DNA from: Promethearchaeia archaeon
Lineage (GTDB): Archaea; Asgardarchaeota; Lokiarchaeia; Sigyniarchaeales; SOKP01
Direction: 5' to 3'
Length of the DNA stretch: 33,044 nucleotides
Assembly: GCA_029856145.1 (NCBI GenBank)
Contig: JAHQWK010000015.1
Span: 1-33,044, forward strand
Shown piece after piece: positions 1-9,439 of the stretch. Position numbers and translations under genes: made by a program. Within the stretch, counting starts at the first letter, position 1. Every line of letters starts with the position of its first letter. The notes beneath the pieces were generated by a model. That model ran no database searches, was not told where the DNA came from, and worked only from the letters and a program-made list of their open reading frames with translations.

Positions 1-395
1 TATTTTTTCTTTAAATATACTTATTTTTAATTCTTATAAAGTTTTTATTGTTAAAACTGGTAAAATTTGAGAATGTCTTCGACAAAATTTTATGTTAATT
101 GTAATTAAAGAATGAATAAATTAGAAATTGAAAAGCCTCCAAACGATTATGAATTATCTCGTAATTTTAATAGAAAGATTTGGAAAAATCAAATAAAGAG
201 TTAATAAAATAAGTTTAAATTGGAAAAACAAATAAATTTTTATATCAAAAGAGGTAAAATATTAACGATAATAAACAGTTAATAAATCTCTTAATTAAGT
301 TCAGATTACCGACAAAATTTTTAAATTAAAAATAGTGTATTTTTCCACTATATAATTAACGATTGTATAAGAATTAAAAAAAGGAATGATATCCA

Positions 396-2531
396 TTGTT
401 TTTAGTATCAGATTCAGAACCATTAAAAGAAGGAAAGAATAAAAAAATAAGACGTAAATATTTGACAAAATTATTACCACAAGTTTTTCGAACTGAGGGT
501 GATGTAGTACCATTCGATCCCATAAAAATTGAACAGAGCCTTATAAATGAAACAGGATTGGCCCAAACATCCGCTGATAAGATTACTGAATTAGTCGTAA
601 GGAGAATAATTTCTTCTGGAATTCGTTTTTTATCTGGACCTCATATTAGAGAAATTGTTTGTTCAATATTATCAGAACAACATTTTGAAGATGAGCGTAA
701 ATTATATACAAGAATAGGAATGCCACTAATGGATTATGAGGCTATTTTAGAATATGGCGTAGATGAAAATGCAAATCAAGATATGAATCCTGAAAGTATT
801 CATCATTGGGCAGCAAATAGAATATCAGATGAATATGCTTTATTAAGGATTTTAGATTCTGAAGAAGCTCATGCTCACTTATATGGAGATGTTCATGTAC
901 ATATGTTGAGATATTTCGATTTAAGACCATTCTGTCAAGAATGGGATCCGCGTATGATTCTTGAACATGGGCTACCGCCAGTAGATAGTTGGGCACACTG
1001 TAGTAAATCAGGCCCCGCAGGAAGTTTACGTGTGGCAGTAACGCATCTTGCTAAGTGGCTTGGAATTATTCAAGGTGAATTCAGTGGAGGTCAAGGATAT
1101 GATTATATAACAACCTTTTTAGCCCCATATGCACGTAATCTAAGTGCTAGAGAAATTGAACAATCGATGCAATGCTTAATTTTCGAAACTAATCAAATAT
1201 TTGCAGCAAGGGGAGGACAAGTACCATTTACTTCAATTTCTTGTACTCCTACTATACCTGATGGTTTGTTAAATATCCCTGCTGTTGGCCTTCATGGAAA
1301 AATAGTAGGTAAATATGGCGATTATAAGGATGAATGTCTTAAACTCTTTGATGCTTTAACTGATGTATATATTCAAGGTGATCATAATGGAAAACTTTTT
1401 GCATTCCCAAAACATGAAATTAAAATTAAAAAGGAATGGTTGCGAGAATTTGAGCCATCTTACTTAAAAATAATGGAAGAAGTAGCAACAATGGGAACTC
1501 CTTACTTCCTTAATATGTGTCCAGATTGGATGCCAGATGAAATTCATAGTCAATGTTGTAGAAAATTTTTAAGTGGAAATCAAATCATTGAGCAATGTAT
1601 TCTTGATCCTGAAAAGAGAAAGAATGCAAATATATGGGAAAATTATGTTACTATCGGCTCATTGCAAAGTGTTAGTTTAAATCTTCCTCGGTATGCATAT
1701 TTGTCTAAAAATCAAGATGATTATTTCACAATATTAGATGATAAAATGGAACTTTCTGCGAGAATTCTACGAAAAAAATGGAGTTTAATGGAAAAAAGAT
1801 TAAAAACTGGACATTTACCTCTGTGTAGTGGTAAAATAAACGGTAAACCTATTTTTAATATAAAAGATCAGAACCTCTCTATAGGATTTACAGGGTTAAA
1901 CGAAGCTGTGAAAAGTTTAACTGGATTTGAATTACATGAAGATAATAGTGCATATGAGTTTGGAAAAAAGATATTAAGCTATATGGTCGCAAAGTGTAAT
2001 ACTATGACAGAAAGAGATCATAAATACTATTCTCTTTGGGAACAACCCGCTGAATCTAGTTCTGGCCGCTTTGCTAGATTGGATTTAAAACATTTTCCTA
2101 AAAAAGCTATTGTTCAGTCTTCTGGTAATTCTGCTTATTATACTAATTCTGATCATTTTAGATATGATGCTGAAATGCCACTATCGCAACGAATTAAAAA
2201 GCAAGGTGATTATCATCCAATCGTAAATGGAGGTGTTATTACTCATATTTGGCTAGGAGAACAAAAACCAGATATCGAAGGTTTATGGGAACTTACAAAG
2301 AATATTTGTCTTAATACAAACACTGCTTATTTCGCGTATTCACCAGATTTTACTTACTGTCCTCATTGTAGAAAGATGTTCCGAGGCGGAAGTTTTATAT
2401 GTCCACAGTGTCATTCTGGAGATGTAAAAGTATATTCGAGAGTTACAGGATATTATAGTGAGGTAAATAGATATAATTCAGGAAAACGAGCAGAATGGGA
2501 AGCTCGTAGACGAGAAATATTATTTACCTAA
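396..2531 (+). CDS. nrdD: Anaerobic (class III) ribonucleoside-triphosphate reductase with N-terminal ATP-cone
   Basis: ATP-cone-like N-terminus (FDPIKIEQSL...IREIVCSIL), HVHML and SGGQG motifs, finger loop SQCCR, C-terminal CPHC/CPQC Zn site and glycyl-radical motif SRVTGYY. TTG start. Confidence 0.96.
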   Translation: MFLVSDSEPLKEGKNKKIRRKYLTKLLPQVFRTEGDVVPFDPIKIEQSLINETGLAQTSADKITELVVRRIISSGIRFLSGPHIREIVCSILSEQHFEDERKLYTRIGMPLMDYEAILEYGVDENANQDMNPESIHHWAANRISDEYALLRILDSEEAHAHLYGDVHVHMLRYFDLRPFCQEWDPRMILEHGLPPVDSWAHCSKSGPAGSLRVAVTHLAKWLGIIQGEFSGGQGYDYITTFLAPYARNLSAREIEQSMQCLIFETNQIFAARGGQVPFTSISCTPTIPDGLLNIPAVGLHGKIVGKYGDYKDECLKLFDALTDVYIQGDHNGKLFAFPKHEIKIKKEWLREFEPSYLKIMEEVATMGTPYFLNMCPDWMPDEIHSQCCRKFLSGNQIIEQCILDPEKRKNANIWENYVTIGSLQSVSLNLPRYAYLSKNQDDYFTILDDKMELSARILRKKWSLMEKRLKTGHLPLCSGKINGKPIFNIKDQNLSIGFTGLNEAVKSLTGFELHEDNSAYEFGKKILSYMVAKCNTMTERDHKYYSLWEQPAESSSGRFARLDLKHFPKKAIVQSSGNSAYYTNSDHFRYDAEMPLSQRIKKQGDYHPIVNGGVITHIWLGEQKPDIEGLWELTKNICLNTNTAYFAYSPDFTYCPHCRKMFRGGSFICPQCHSGDVKVYSRVTGYYSEVNRYNSGKRAEWEARRREILFT

Positions 2532-2717
2532 TTTAAGTCCCTTTGAGTAATTCTTGCGAATAAAAATAAAATTATGAGAAGGCGTAGAATTCAAATAAAA
2601 CTAACTTATTCCTGCAATAAACGTATTTATATGGAAAAAAGATTTATTGAAAAATATAACCAAAAATACTAAATCAGTATTTCGATTTTTATTTTCAACA
2701 AATTATAACGATATATA

Positions 2718-3554
2718 ATGAGTGGTTTCAATTTAATAATAAAACCTGATGAAGATGATCCCGAAGCTGCCGAAGTCTATGTTGATGGAACGATTAGTGG
2801 GAAAAAATATCGCTTTATTCTTGATACTGGTTCAGCAAAAACCTATGTTCAATTTGATGATTACACTTCCACGTTTGGATGCATTCAAAAGCACAAATCT
2901 TCAGGAGCATTTGCAGAAAGTAATGATGATTTGATTAAAGTGCCATATATTCAACTTGGTCCCATCTTAAAAAAAAATTTCATGCTGGCTCGTTTACCAG
3001 AAAATTCTCTTAACACAAGAAATTTAATCGGGATGGACCTTCTTAAGGACTTCTGTTTTCAGTTTTTATTTAATGAAAATAGAGTTTCGGTTGATAATTC
3101 AGAAGGAATCCAGATTAGTGACTCTCTCCATGAACTTTTCCTAGGCAAGAAGTTTCATCCCTACATCAATATTCAATTCGGAAAGCTGAAAGCCACAGCG
3201 GTATGGGATACCGGTGCGGGAATTACGGTTGTAGACATTGATTTTATAAACAAGTTTCCCTCTTTTTTCCAAGAAATAGGAAAATCTATCGGTACAGACT
3301 CGACAGGGGTTAAAATGGAAACTCCTATGTTCACTATGGGGACAACCATAATTGTTAATAATGAATTTCCACCCCATAAAGTTGCCGGCGTCGATTTATC
3401 TTATTTAAATTCCACAACCGAAGTTCCTATGGATCTAATATTGGGTTACAGCACCCTAAGTAAAGCAAACTGGCTGTTTGATTTCCCCAATAAGAAGTGG
3501 GCGATTTTAAAAATGCTGAATGCAAATTCTGAAGAAGTTAATTCAGAAATCTGA
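2718..3554 (+). CDS. Retropepsin-like aspartyl protease with two tandem protease domains
   Basis: Two catalytic motifs, FILDTGS and VWDTGAG, each followed by a hydrophobic-Gly motif (LIGMDLL, ILGYSTL). Confidence 0.85.
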   Translation: MSGFNLIIKPDEDDPEAAEVYVDGTISGKKYRFILDTGSAKTYVQFDDYTSTFGCIQKHKSSGAFAESNDDLIKVPYIQLGPILKKNFMLARLPENSLNTRNLIGMDLLKDFCFQFLFNENRVSVDNSEGIQISDSLHELFLGKKFHPYINIQFGKLKATAVWDTGAGITVVDIDFINKFPSFFQEIGKSIGTDSTGVKMETPMFTMGTTIIVNNEFPPHKVAGVDLSYLNSTTEVPMDLILGYSTLSKANWLFDFPNKKWAILKMLNANSEEVNSEI

Positions 3555-3663
3555 AGAAATTAAAATACATTCAAGAATGACAAGATATCACAGCTTAATT
3601 GATGGATTTAATCTCGAAAAAAGGGCAGTATGGGAATCAAGAAAACGAGAGTATCCTTTTTAA
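3550..3663 (+). pseudogene. Degenerate duplicate of the nrdD 3' end (glycyl-radical segment)
   Basis: Translates to SEEIKIHSRMTRYHSLIDGFNLEKRAVWESRKREYPF*. It aligns without gaps to the NrdD C-terminus SGDVKVYSRVTGYYSEVNRYNSGKRAEWEARRREILFT* (17/37 identical by hand count). The radical Gly is replaced by Arg. Confidence 0.85.
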
Positions 3664-3713
3664 TTAACTTTTCTCTTTCTATTTTATATATAGAGACACT
3701 CAATATTATATAT

Positions 3714-4031
3714 ATGGTACTAAAAGATGCTCTTGATGAAGTTCAAGAAGTAGTTGATAAATGGATCTGTGAACATGGTGGATACTGGCCTCCATTATCA
3801 ATGATTTGTGCTGTAATGGAAGAATTAGGAGAAGTTGCAAAAGAAGTGAATTCAATTGAAGGATATAAACCTAAAAAATCAAAGATTGCAGTTCCTAATT
3901 TAGGAGAAGAGCTAGCTGATCTTCTTTTTTCCATAATCTGCATTGCAAATCATTATAAAATTGATTTGGGGAAACAATTTAGTAATATAATTAATAAATA
4001 TTCCACAAGGGATTCTATTCGGTTTTCTTGA
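3714..4031 (+). CDS. MazG-like nucleotide pyrophosphohydrolase (YpjD-like)
   Basis: EELGEVAKE and EELADLLF acidic motifs, and GYWPPLS. The start is moved from 3630 to the ATG at 3714 because the upstream extension overlaps the nrdD relic. Confidence 0.88.
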   Translation: MVLKDALDEVQEVVDKWICEHGGYWPPLSMICAVMEELGEVAKEVNSIEGYKPKKSKIAVPNLGEELADLLFSIICIANHYKIDLGKQFSNIINKYSTRDSIRFS

Positions 4032-4162
4032 ACTATATTCGTTTCATAGCTATTTCAAATAATATTCTCATAATTTTATCTGTAATTTGTAAAATTTTAA
4101 TTGGTTAAAGATTTCTATTTTATGAAGAAATAGGAAAGGAAAACTAATTTACATAAATAATA

Positions 4163-5341
4163 ATGTTAAGAGAAGGATTAGAAAAACAGGAAATTCTTAG
4201 AATTCTCGATGATAAATTAAAGATGGATTATTCATATAAATCAGGTTCAATATTAGGATCTATGTGTACAGAACCCTTTGACTTTGGTGTTGAGGTGTAT
4301 AAGAAATATGTCTCTAAAAATCTAGGAGATCCGGGTTTGTTCTTAGGGACTGCAACATTAGAGGAAGAATTGGTTGCAGAAATTGGTGAGCTCTTTCAGG
4401 GAAAAAATATAATTGGAACTTTCACTACGGGGGGTTCGGAAGCAAATTTGATAGCTATGAGGATTGCTAAAGATTTAAGGCCTGATATCACTAATCCTGA
4501 AGTTATAGTACCTCTTTCTGCTCATATCTCTTTTGATAAAGCAGCTGATTTATTAGGGATTAAACTTAGAAAAGCAAGATTACATGATAATTTTGATTTA
4601 AACCTAAATCACTTTGAATCTCTTATCAACAAAAATACTTGTGGAGTCGTAGGTATTGCAGGCACAACATCACTAGGTCTGATTGATCCAATAAAGGATA
4701 TTGGTAAATTAGTAGAAGATAAAGACATTTTCTTTCATATCGATGCTGCGTTTGGAGGTTTTATATTACCTTTTTTAAAAGAATTAGAATATAATCTTCC
4801 TTCTTGGGATTTTTCTGTAAAGTCTGTTGATTCTATAACAGCGGATCCTCATAAAATGGGTTTAGGGATCATACCTACTGGAGGATATTTTCTGAGAGAT
4901 TCCTCGATTTTACAAAAATTTGGCTATGAAATTCCATATTTAGCAGGGGGGAATTTTAAACACTTTCATATAGTTGGAACTAGATCTGGGGGGACAGTAA
5001 TTGCCTTTTGGGTAATCTTGAAATCTTTAGGTATAAAGGGTTTTACAAATATTGTAAAAACATGTATGGAAAATACAAAGTATTTAACTAAAAGAATTAA
5101 TGAAATTGAAGGTGTAAAATTAGCAACTATTCCAGTAATGAACGTTGTTGGAATTACGACTGAAAGTGGAGAAAGTATTTGTCAGATTGATGAGGAATTA
5201 CGAAAGAGAAATTGGATGGTGGGTAAATTTAAAGAGTTCAATCTAATTAGAGTAGTAATTATGCCACATGTTCAGAAAACCCATTTACAAAATTTCACCG
5301 AAGATTTAGAGAAAATTATAAGAAAATTAAATATTTTATAG
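4163..5341 (+). CDS. mfnA: Group II PLP-dependent decarboxylase, archaeal L-tyrosine/L-aspartate decarboxylase
   Basis: ILGSMCTEP, NLGDPGLF, GGSEAN, HIDAAFGG, PLP-lysine motif DPHKMG and GTRSG, all characteristic of MfnA. Confidence 0.92.
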   Translation: MLREGLEKQEILRILDDKLKMDYSYKSGSILGSMCTEPFDFGVEVYKKYVSKNLGDPGLFLGTATLEEELVAEIGELFQGKNIIGTFTTGGSEANLIAMRIAKDLRPDITNPEVIVPLSAHISFDKAADLLGIKLRKARLHDNFDLNLNHFESLINKNTCGVVGIAGTTSLGLIDPIKDIGKLVEDKDIFFHIDAAFGGFILPFLKELEYNLPSWDFSVKSVDSITADPHKMGLGIIPTGGYFLRDSSILQKFGYEIPYLAGGNFKHFHIVGTRSGGTVIAFWVILKSLGIKGFTNIVKTCMENTKYLTKRINEIEGVKLATIPVMNVVGITTESGESICQIDEELRKRNWMVGKFKEFNLIRVVIMPHVQKTHLQNFTEDLEKIIRKLNIL

Positions 5342-5631
5342 TAAAGTTAATTTTATTGTTAATTATAATTACTGGATTTAATTCTTTCTTTAAATTTGAT
5401 CACCCCCTCAACCGATCTAAATATCTAGTAGAACATAAGAATTGTGCTTCTTATATCTAATCTAGAACTCTTTATATTCACTTCTTTCTAATATAAATCT
5501 AAATAGAGCTCTTAGTAAAATTATAAATTTTAATAGTAAAGTTAGAAAAAAAATATATTTAGGACTAGTTATTATTTAATTAATAGAAGGTTTAATTGGG
5601 AGTTTAATTTCATAAACTTGGAATTAAAAGC

Positions 5632-6405
5632 ATGGGCAAAGAAAAAAAGAAACTCGGAATAAAAACAACTCGGTATTATACAAAGAAATGTTCTAAGTGT
5701 AGTTTTGAATATCCTAATTGGTTTACTAATTGTCCTAAATGTGGAACATCTTGGGATAATACAGAGGTAGTTTCTGCTCCTAAAGAGGCTTATAAAAAAA
5801 CCATTAAAATTGTAGTAAAAATTACTGAAGAAACTTTTAATAAATCCATCTTTTCAGTAAATTTAATTTTTAGTGCTGACCAAGGAAAATCATGGTATCA
5901 AATGGAAATGGACCTAAAAATGGATTACTACATAGCAGAAATTGCAGAAGTTCCCATTGGTTCAGTAATTATATATTATATAGAAGTCAATTTAGAGGAT
6001 GGGGAGAAAATTATTGAAAATAATGATGGAAAATACTTTTTTTATAAGGTTGGAGTACCAATTGGAGAAGCCGAACCTGAAGCATCACCCCAAGAAAGTG
6101 AAGCGATTAAGAAAAGCATTGATCAATATACTACTAAGCCCCAAAAATACCAGAAACCTCCAATAGAGGCTCCACCACAAAAAACACATGTTACAAGAGA
6201 AATGGTTGAACACTCCACAATTATTCCTCAAGAAGAGATTAAAGTTCCAGAAAAAAGCAGTTCTCAAGAATATACCATAAATGATGCAACCATATTTGGG
6301 AAACCTCAAACTGAAATTGATCCTGAATTAAAAATATGTGTTCATTGCAATTCTAAAATTAAAAAAATGTGGAGTATATGTCCAATTTGCGGAAAATCAC
6401 TCTAA
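5632..6405 (+). CDS. Hypothetical protein with N- and C-terminal zinc ribbons, a central beta-rich domain and a Pro/Glu-rich linker
   Basis: CSKC-x10-CPKC at the N-terminus and CVHC-x10-CPIC at the C-terminus. Confidence 0.8.
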   Translation: MGKEKKKLGIKTTRYYTKKCSKCSFEYPNWFTNCPKCGTSWDNTEVVSAPKEAYKKTIKIVVKITEETFNKSIFSVNLIFSADQGKSWYQMEMDLKMDYYIAEIAEVPIGSVIIYYIEVNLEDGEKIIENNDGKYFFYKVGVPIGEAEPEASPQESEAIKKSIDQYTTKPQKYQKPPIEAPPQKTHVTREMVEHSTIIPQEEIKVPEKSSSQEYTINDATIFGKPQTEIDPELKICVHCNSKIKKMWSICPICGKSL

Positions 6406-6507
6406 ACTAATTCGAAAATAGATCATGTATTGAGAACACTAATTTTATAACAGAAAGTATTTTTAATATAAAAAAATAAAGATCTATATATTCTTAGTGA
6501 ATTCCAA

Positions 6508-8124
6508 TTAAAGTTGCGATCCACATTTATTACAAAATTGATAATCGCTGGATAATATCGCTCCACACTGTTTACAAATAATAATTTCTTTTCCAGATTG
6601 TTTTGCTTGTTGTGCATGAACTGTTTGCGGTTGTGGAGGGGTGCTTTCTAGATCTGAAACATTTGGTATGATCCGTAATTTACTAGTTTCTTGAGTTTCA
6701 GGTTCTTGTTTTGCTGTAAACGGCATAAAAGTTGCTACTGACGCTTTTTCAGTTTCAGTTTTTTGAGATAATGTTTGGAAAAGGGAAGGCGTAGTAGTCA
6801 CTTCTGGTGTGGGAGTTTGTTTAGCTTCTACGGTTTCAGCCTTTTCTTTCTTTTCTTTTTTTGGTTTTTGTTTTTTCTCTTTCTTGGTTTTCTTCATTTC
6901 TTCTAATAATTTTTCTTGCCTTTCTTGTTCTTCTCTGAGTTTCTTCTCTTTATCTTCTTTCTTTTTCTGTTTTTCAAGTTTCTTCTTTCCCTTCTTAGAA
7001 TACATTGGTTCAGGTAAATAGTCCATTAAAGAATCTGACTTAGGTTTAGTTGTATCTTGAGTTGGAAAAAGAGCGCTAGTACTTGAAGGAGTCCTCTCAT
7101 CAGAGGGCGTAAATTGTTGAGATTGAAAACCCTCGGGTGCTGGAGCCGGAACCGGAACATTATTTGTAAATGGAACCGCTTTTGGTTTATATGATTCTTC
7201 TCTGCTCGTAAAATTTACCGGTTGAGAAGTAGTAGATTGTTGTTTTTCTGGAACTGCTTCAAATAATATTTCATCTGGAGTCTTAAATTCGAATTCAACA
7301 GGTTGACTAGGGGTTTCAGCGACTTGAGACTCAGGTAAAGGAATTTCTGGTTCAAATTCAGGTTCTAGTACAGGTTCAGGTACTGGTGGTGCTTCATATT
7401 CATATTCATGTTCTGGTTCAAATGATGAGATAGGTTCATTTACTTTGGGGGATACAGGTTCTGGAACAGGAGGAGCGGCATAATCAAATTCTGGTTCCAA
7501 TTGTTGCATAGGAGTTGGATATGTCCCTATAGCGGTAATTGGAACTTGACCCGGATTGAACACAATCCCTTTCGAGATTAGTTGATCAGGGACTCCTGAA
7601 CCAATCATTAGACATGCTAGAATATAAAAACAATCGCCTACTCCTTCACCCGTCTTTGCTGAAGTTTCCATATAATACAAATTAAAATTATTTGTGAAAC
7701 TATTAATTTCTTCTAAAGAAACGGCTCTTTGATCAACTAAATCGCTTTTATTACCAACAAGTAATAAAGGGATCTCAGTTTTCACATTTGCTCTTACTTC
7801 TTCTATCCATTGTGGCAAGTGTTCAAAGCTCCCAGAATTTGTAAGATCAAAGATCATTAATGCTCCTAAAGATCCTCTATAATACATCGGTCTAATCGAA
7901 CTAAATCGCTCTTGACCCCCTGTGTCCCATATCTGAAGCTTTGCACGTATAGGTCCTTCAACAGAGTCAATGGCAATTGTTTTTACGTGGAAATCTACAC
8001 CAATTGTCATTTTATAATCTTCGGTGAAGAAGCCTTTACTAAATCTGAGAGTTAATGCAGTTTTTCCTACCCCACCATCTCCTACAACAATCGATTTAAA
8101 GAGATAATCATATTCTTCTGCCAT
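6508..8124 (-). CDS. Rab-like small GTPase with a ~360-aa C-terminal extension ending in a zinc ribbon
   Basis: G1 GDGGVGKT, G2 TIGVDF, G3 WDTGGQE, G4 NKSD and G5 ETSAK. The extension is P/E/S/T-rich, then a K/E-rich helix, then CKQC-x10-CNKC. Confidence 0.93.
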   Translation of the reverse strand: MAEEYDYLFKSIVVGDGGVGKTALTLRFSKGFFTEDYKMTIGVDFHVKTIAIDSVEGPIRAKLQIWDTGGQERFSSIRPMYYRGSLGALMIFDLTNSGSFEHLPQWIEEVRANVKTEIPLLLVGNKSDLVDQRAVSLEEINSFTNNFNLYYMETSAKTGEGVGDCFYILACLMIGSGVPDQLISKGIVFNPGQVPITAIGTYPTPMQQLEPEFDYAAPPVPEPVSPKVNEPISSFEPEHEYEYEAPPVPEPVLEPEFEPEIPLPESQVAETPSQPVEFEFKTPDEILFEAVPEKQQSTTSQPVNFTSREESYKPKAVPFTNNVPVPAPAPEGFQSQQFTPSDERTPSSTSALFPTQDTTKPKSDSLMDYLPEPMYSKKGKKKLEKQKKKEDKEKKLREEQERQEKLLEEMKKTKKEKKQKPKKEKKEKAETVEAKQTPTPEVTTTPSLFQTLSQKTETEKASVATFMPFTAKQEPETQETSKLRIIPNVSDLESTPPQPQTVHAQQAKQSGKEIIICKQCGAILSSDYQFCNKCGSQL

Positions 8125-8317
8125 TACATGTTCCCACTTTACCTTTCAAATTAATATATATCGAGTAATTTTCTAAAATGTTCAAGCTATTATATATTAT
8201 ATCTATAAATACAAATTTATAATTTTATTTATAAAAAAGAAATTCCGTTATCTCACTAATAACTAAGTAAGATATCGTTGAAATATTGTTGTAAAATTAA
8301 GAAGATAAAGAAAAATT

Positions 8318-9202
8318 TTAAATCAATTTATGAGCTTCTTCACAGATGTCAATATTTTCAATCCATTCGTTGATTTTAGTTAATTCTTGTTCAGGAAATT
8401 CATATGAGTGTTCTCGATCAGGGTATTTCCCATTTATGACTTCATCCTTATAATTATTCAAGGCGCGACTAATAGCTTCGCCGATGTTGCCAAAATATTT
8501 AAGAAATTTAGGCTTAATATCGGTAAAGATACCTAACATGTCATGAATTACCAATATTTGGCCATCACAATAAGGGCCAGCACCAATACCGATAGTAGGA
8601 ACATTAACACTATTTGTAATTAATTCAGCTACTTGCCAAGGAATACTTTCTAAAACTATAGAAAAAACCCCAACTTCTTCTAAGTTCTTCGCATCTAATA
8701 TTAATTTTTTTGCCGTTTCAATTGTTTTCCCCTGAACTAAAAAACCTCCAAACTGATAAACCGCTTGAGGAGTTAAACCAATATGGCCCATAACTTGAAT
8801 ATCTGCATCAATCATTGCTTTAATTGTGGGGCATATTTCTGTTCCTCCTTCAACTTTAACAGCTTCAGCACCACCTTCTTGGATAAATCTCCCAGCATTT
8901 TTAACGGCTTCTACTATATCTATTTTGTATGAAAGAAAAGGCATATCTCCTACAATTAATGCATTTGATACACCTCGACTAACTGCTTTAGTGTGATGAA
9001 TCATCTCATCCATAGTTACTGATAAAGTATTTGTGTATCCAAGCATTACCATTGATAGTGAATCTCCTACAAGAATTAGATCAATACCGCTATCATCAAC
9101 AATTTTTGCAAATGAATAATCATAAGATGTGATGGTAACTATTTTTTCGCTTTTTTTTTTCTTCTCTATAATATCTTTTGCAGTAACTTTTTGTAAGGAC
9201 AT
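8318..9202 (-). CDS. panB: 3-methyl-2-oxobutanoate hydroxymethyltransferase
   Basis: [29 protein letters not shown] and IGIGAG...DGQILV. Confidence 0.97.
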   Translation of the reverse strand: MSLQKVTAKDIIEKKKKSEKIVTITSYDYSFAKIVDDSGIDLILVGDSLSMVMLGYTNTLSVTMDEMIHHTKAVSRGVSNALIVGDMPFLSYKIDIVEAVKNAGRFIQEGGAEAVKVEGGTEICPTIKAMIDADIQVMGHIGLTPQAVYQFGGFLVQGKTIETAKKLILDAKNLEEVGVFSIVLESIPWQVAELITNSVNVPTIGIGAGPYCDGQILVIHDMLGIFTDIKPKFLKYFGNIGEAISRALNNYKDEVINGKYPDREHSYEFPEQELTKINEWIENIDICEEAHKLI

Positions 9203-9439
9203 ATGTTCAAATAACTAATTCGTTTTCAAAAATTTTATGGTAATTCGATTATTATATTATGAAAAACTTTCATTTAATTTCTTCTCTAACGTGTTTTTTT
9301 TTGAATTTGATAAACTAAAACTCTCGAAAAATATATTTGACATATCAATTTGCTTTAAATATTGTTTTATTCAAATTTTTTTGATAAGATTTTTTAACAA
9401 AAGCTTCATATATTAATCCTACTAATCTAAAAAAAGAGA

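Noticed and set aside
3630-3713. N-terminal extension of the MazG-like ORF in the track
   Set aside because: It overlaps the nrdD relic and an AT-rich promoter-like stretch. The family-like sequence begins at the ATG at 3714.
6809-7021. Phe/Ser-rich 70-aa ORF
   Set aside because: It is the antisense shadow of the Lys/Glu-rich segment of the large Rab.
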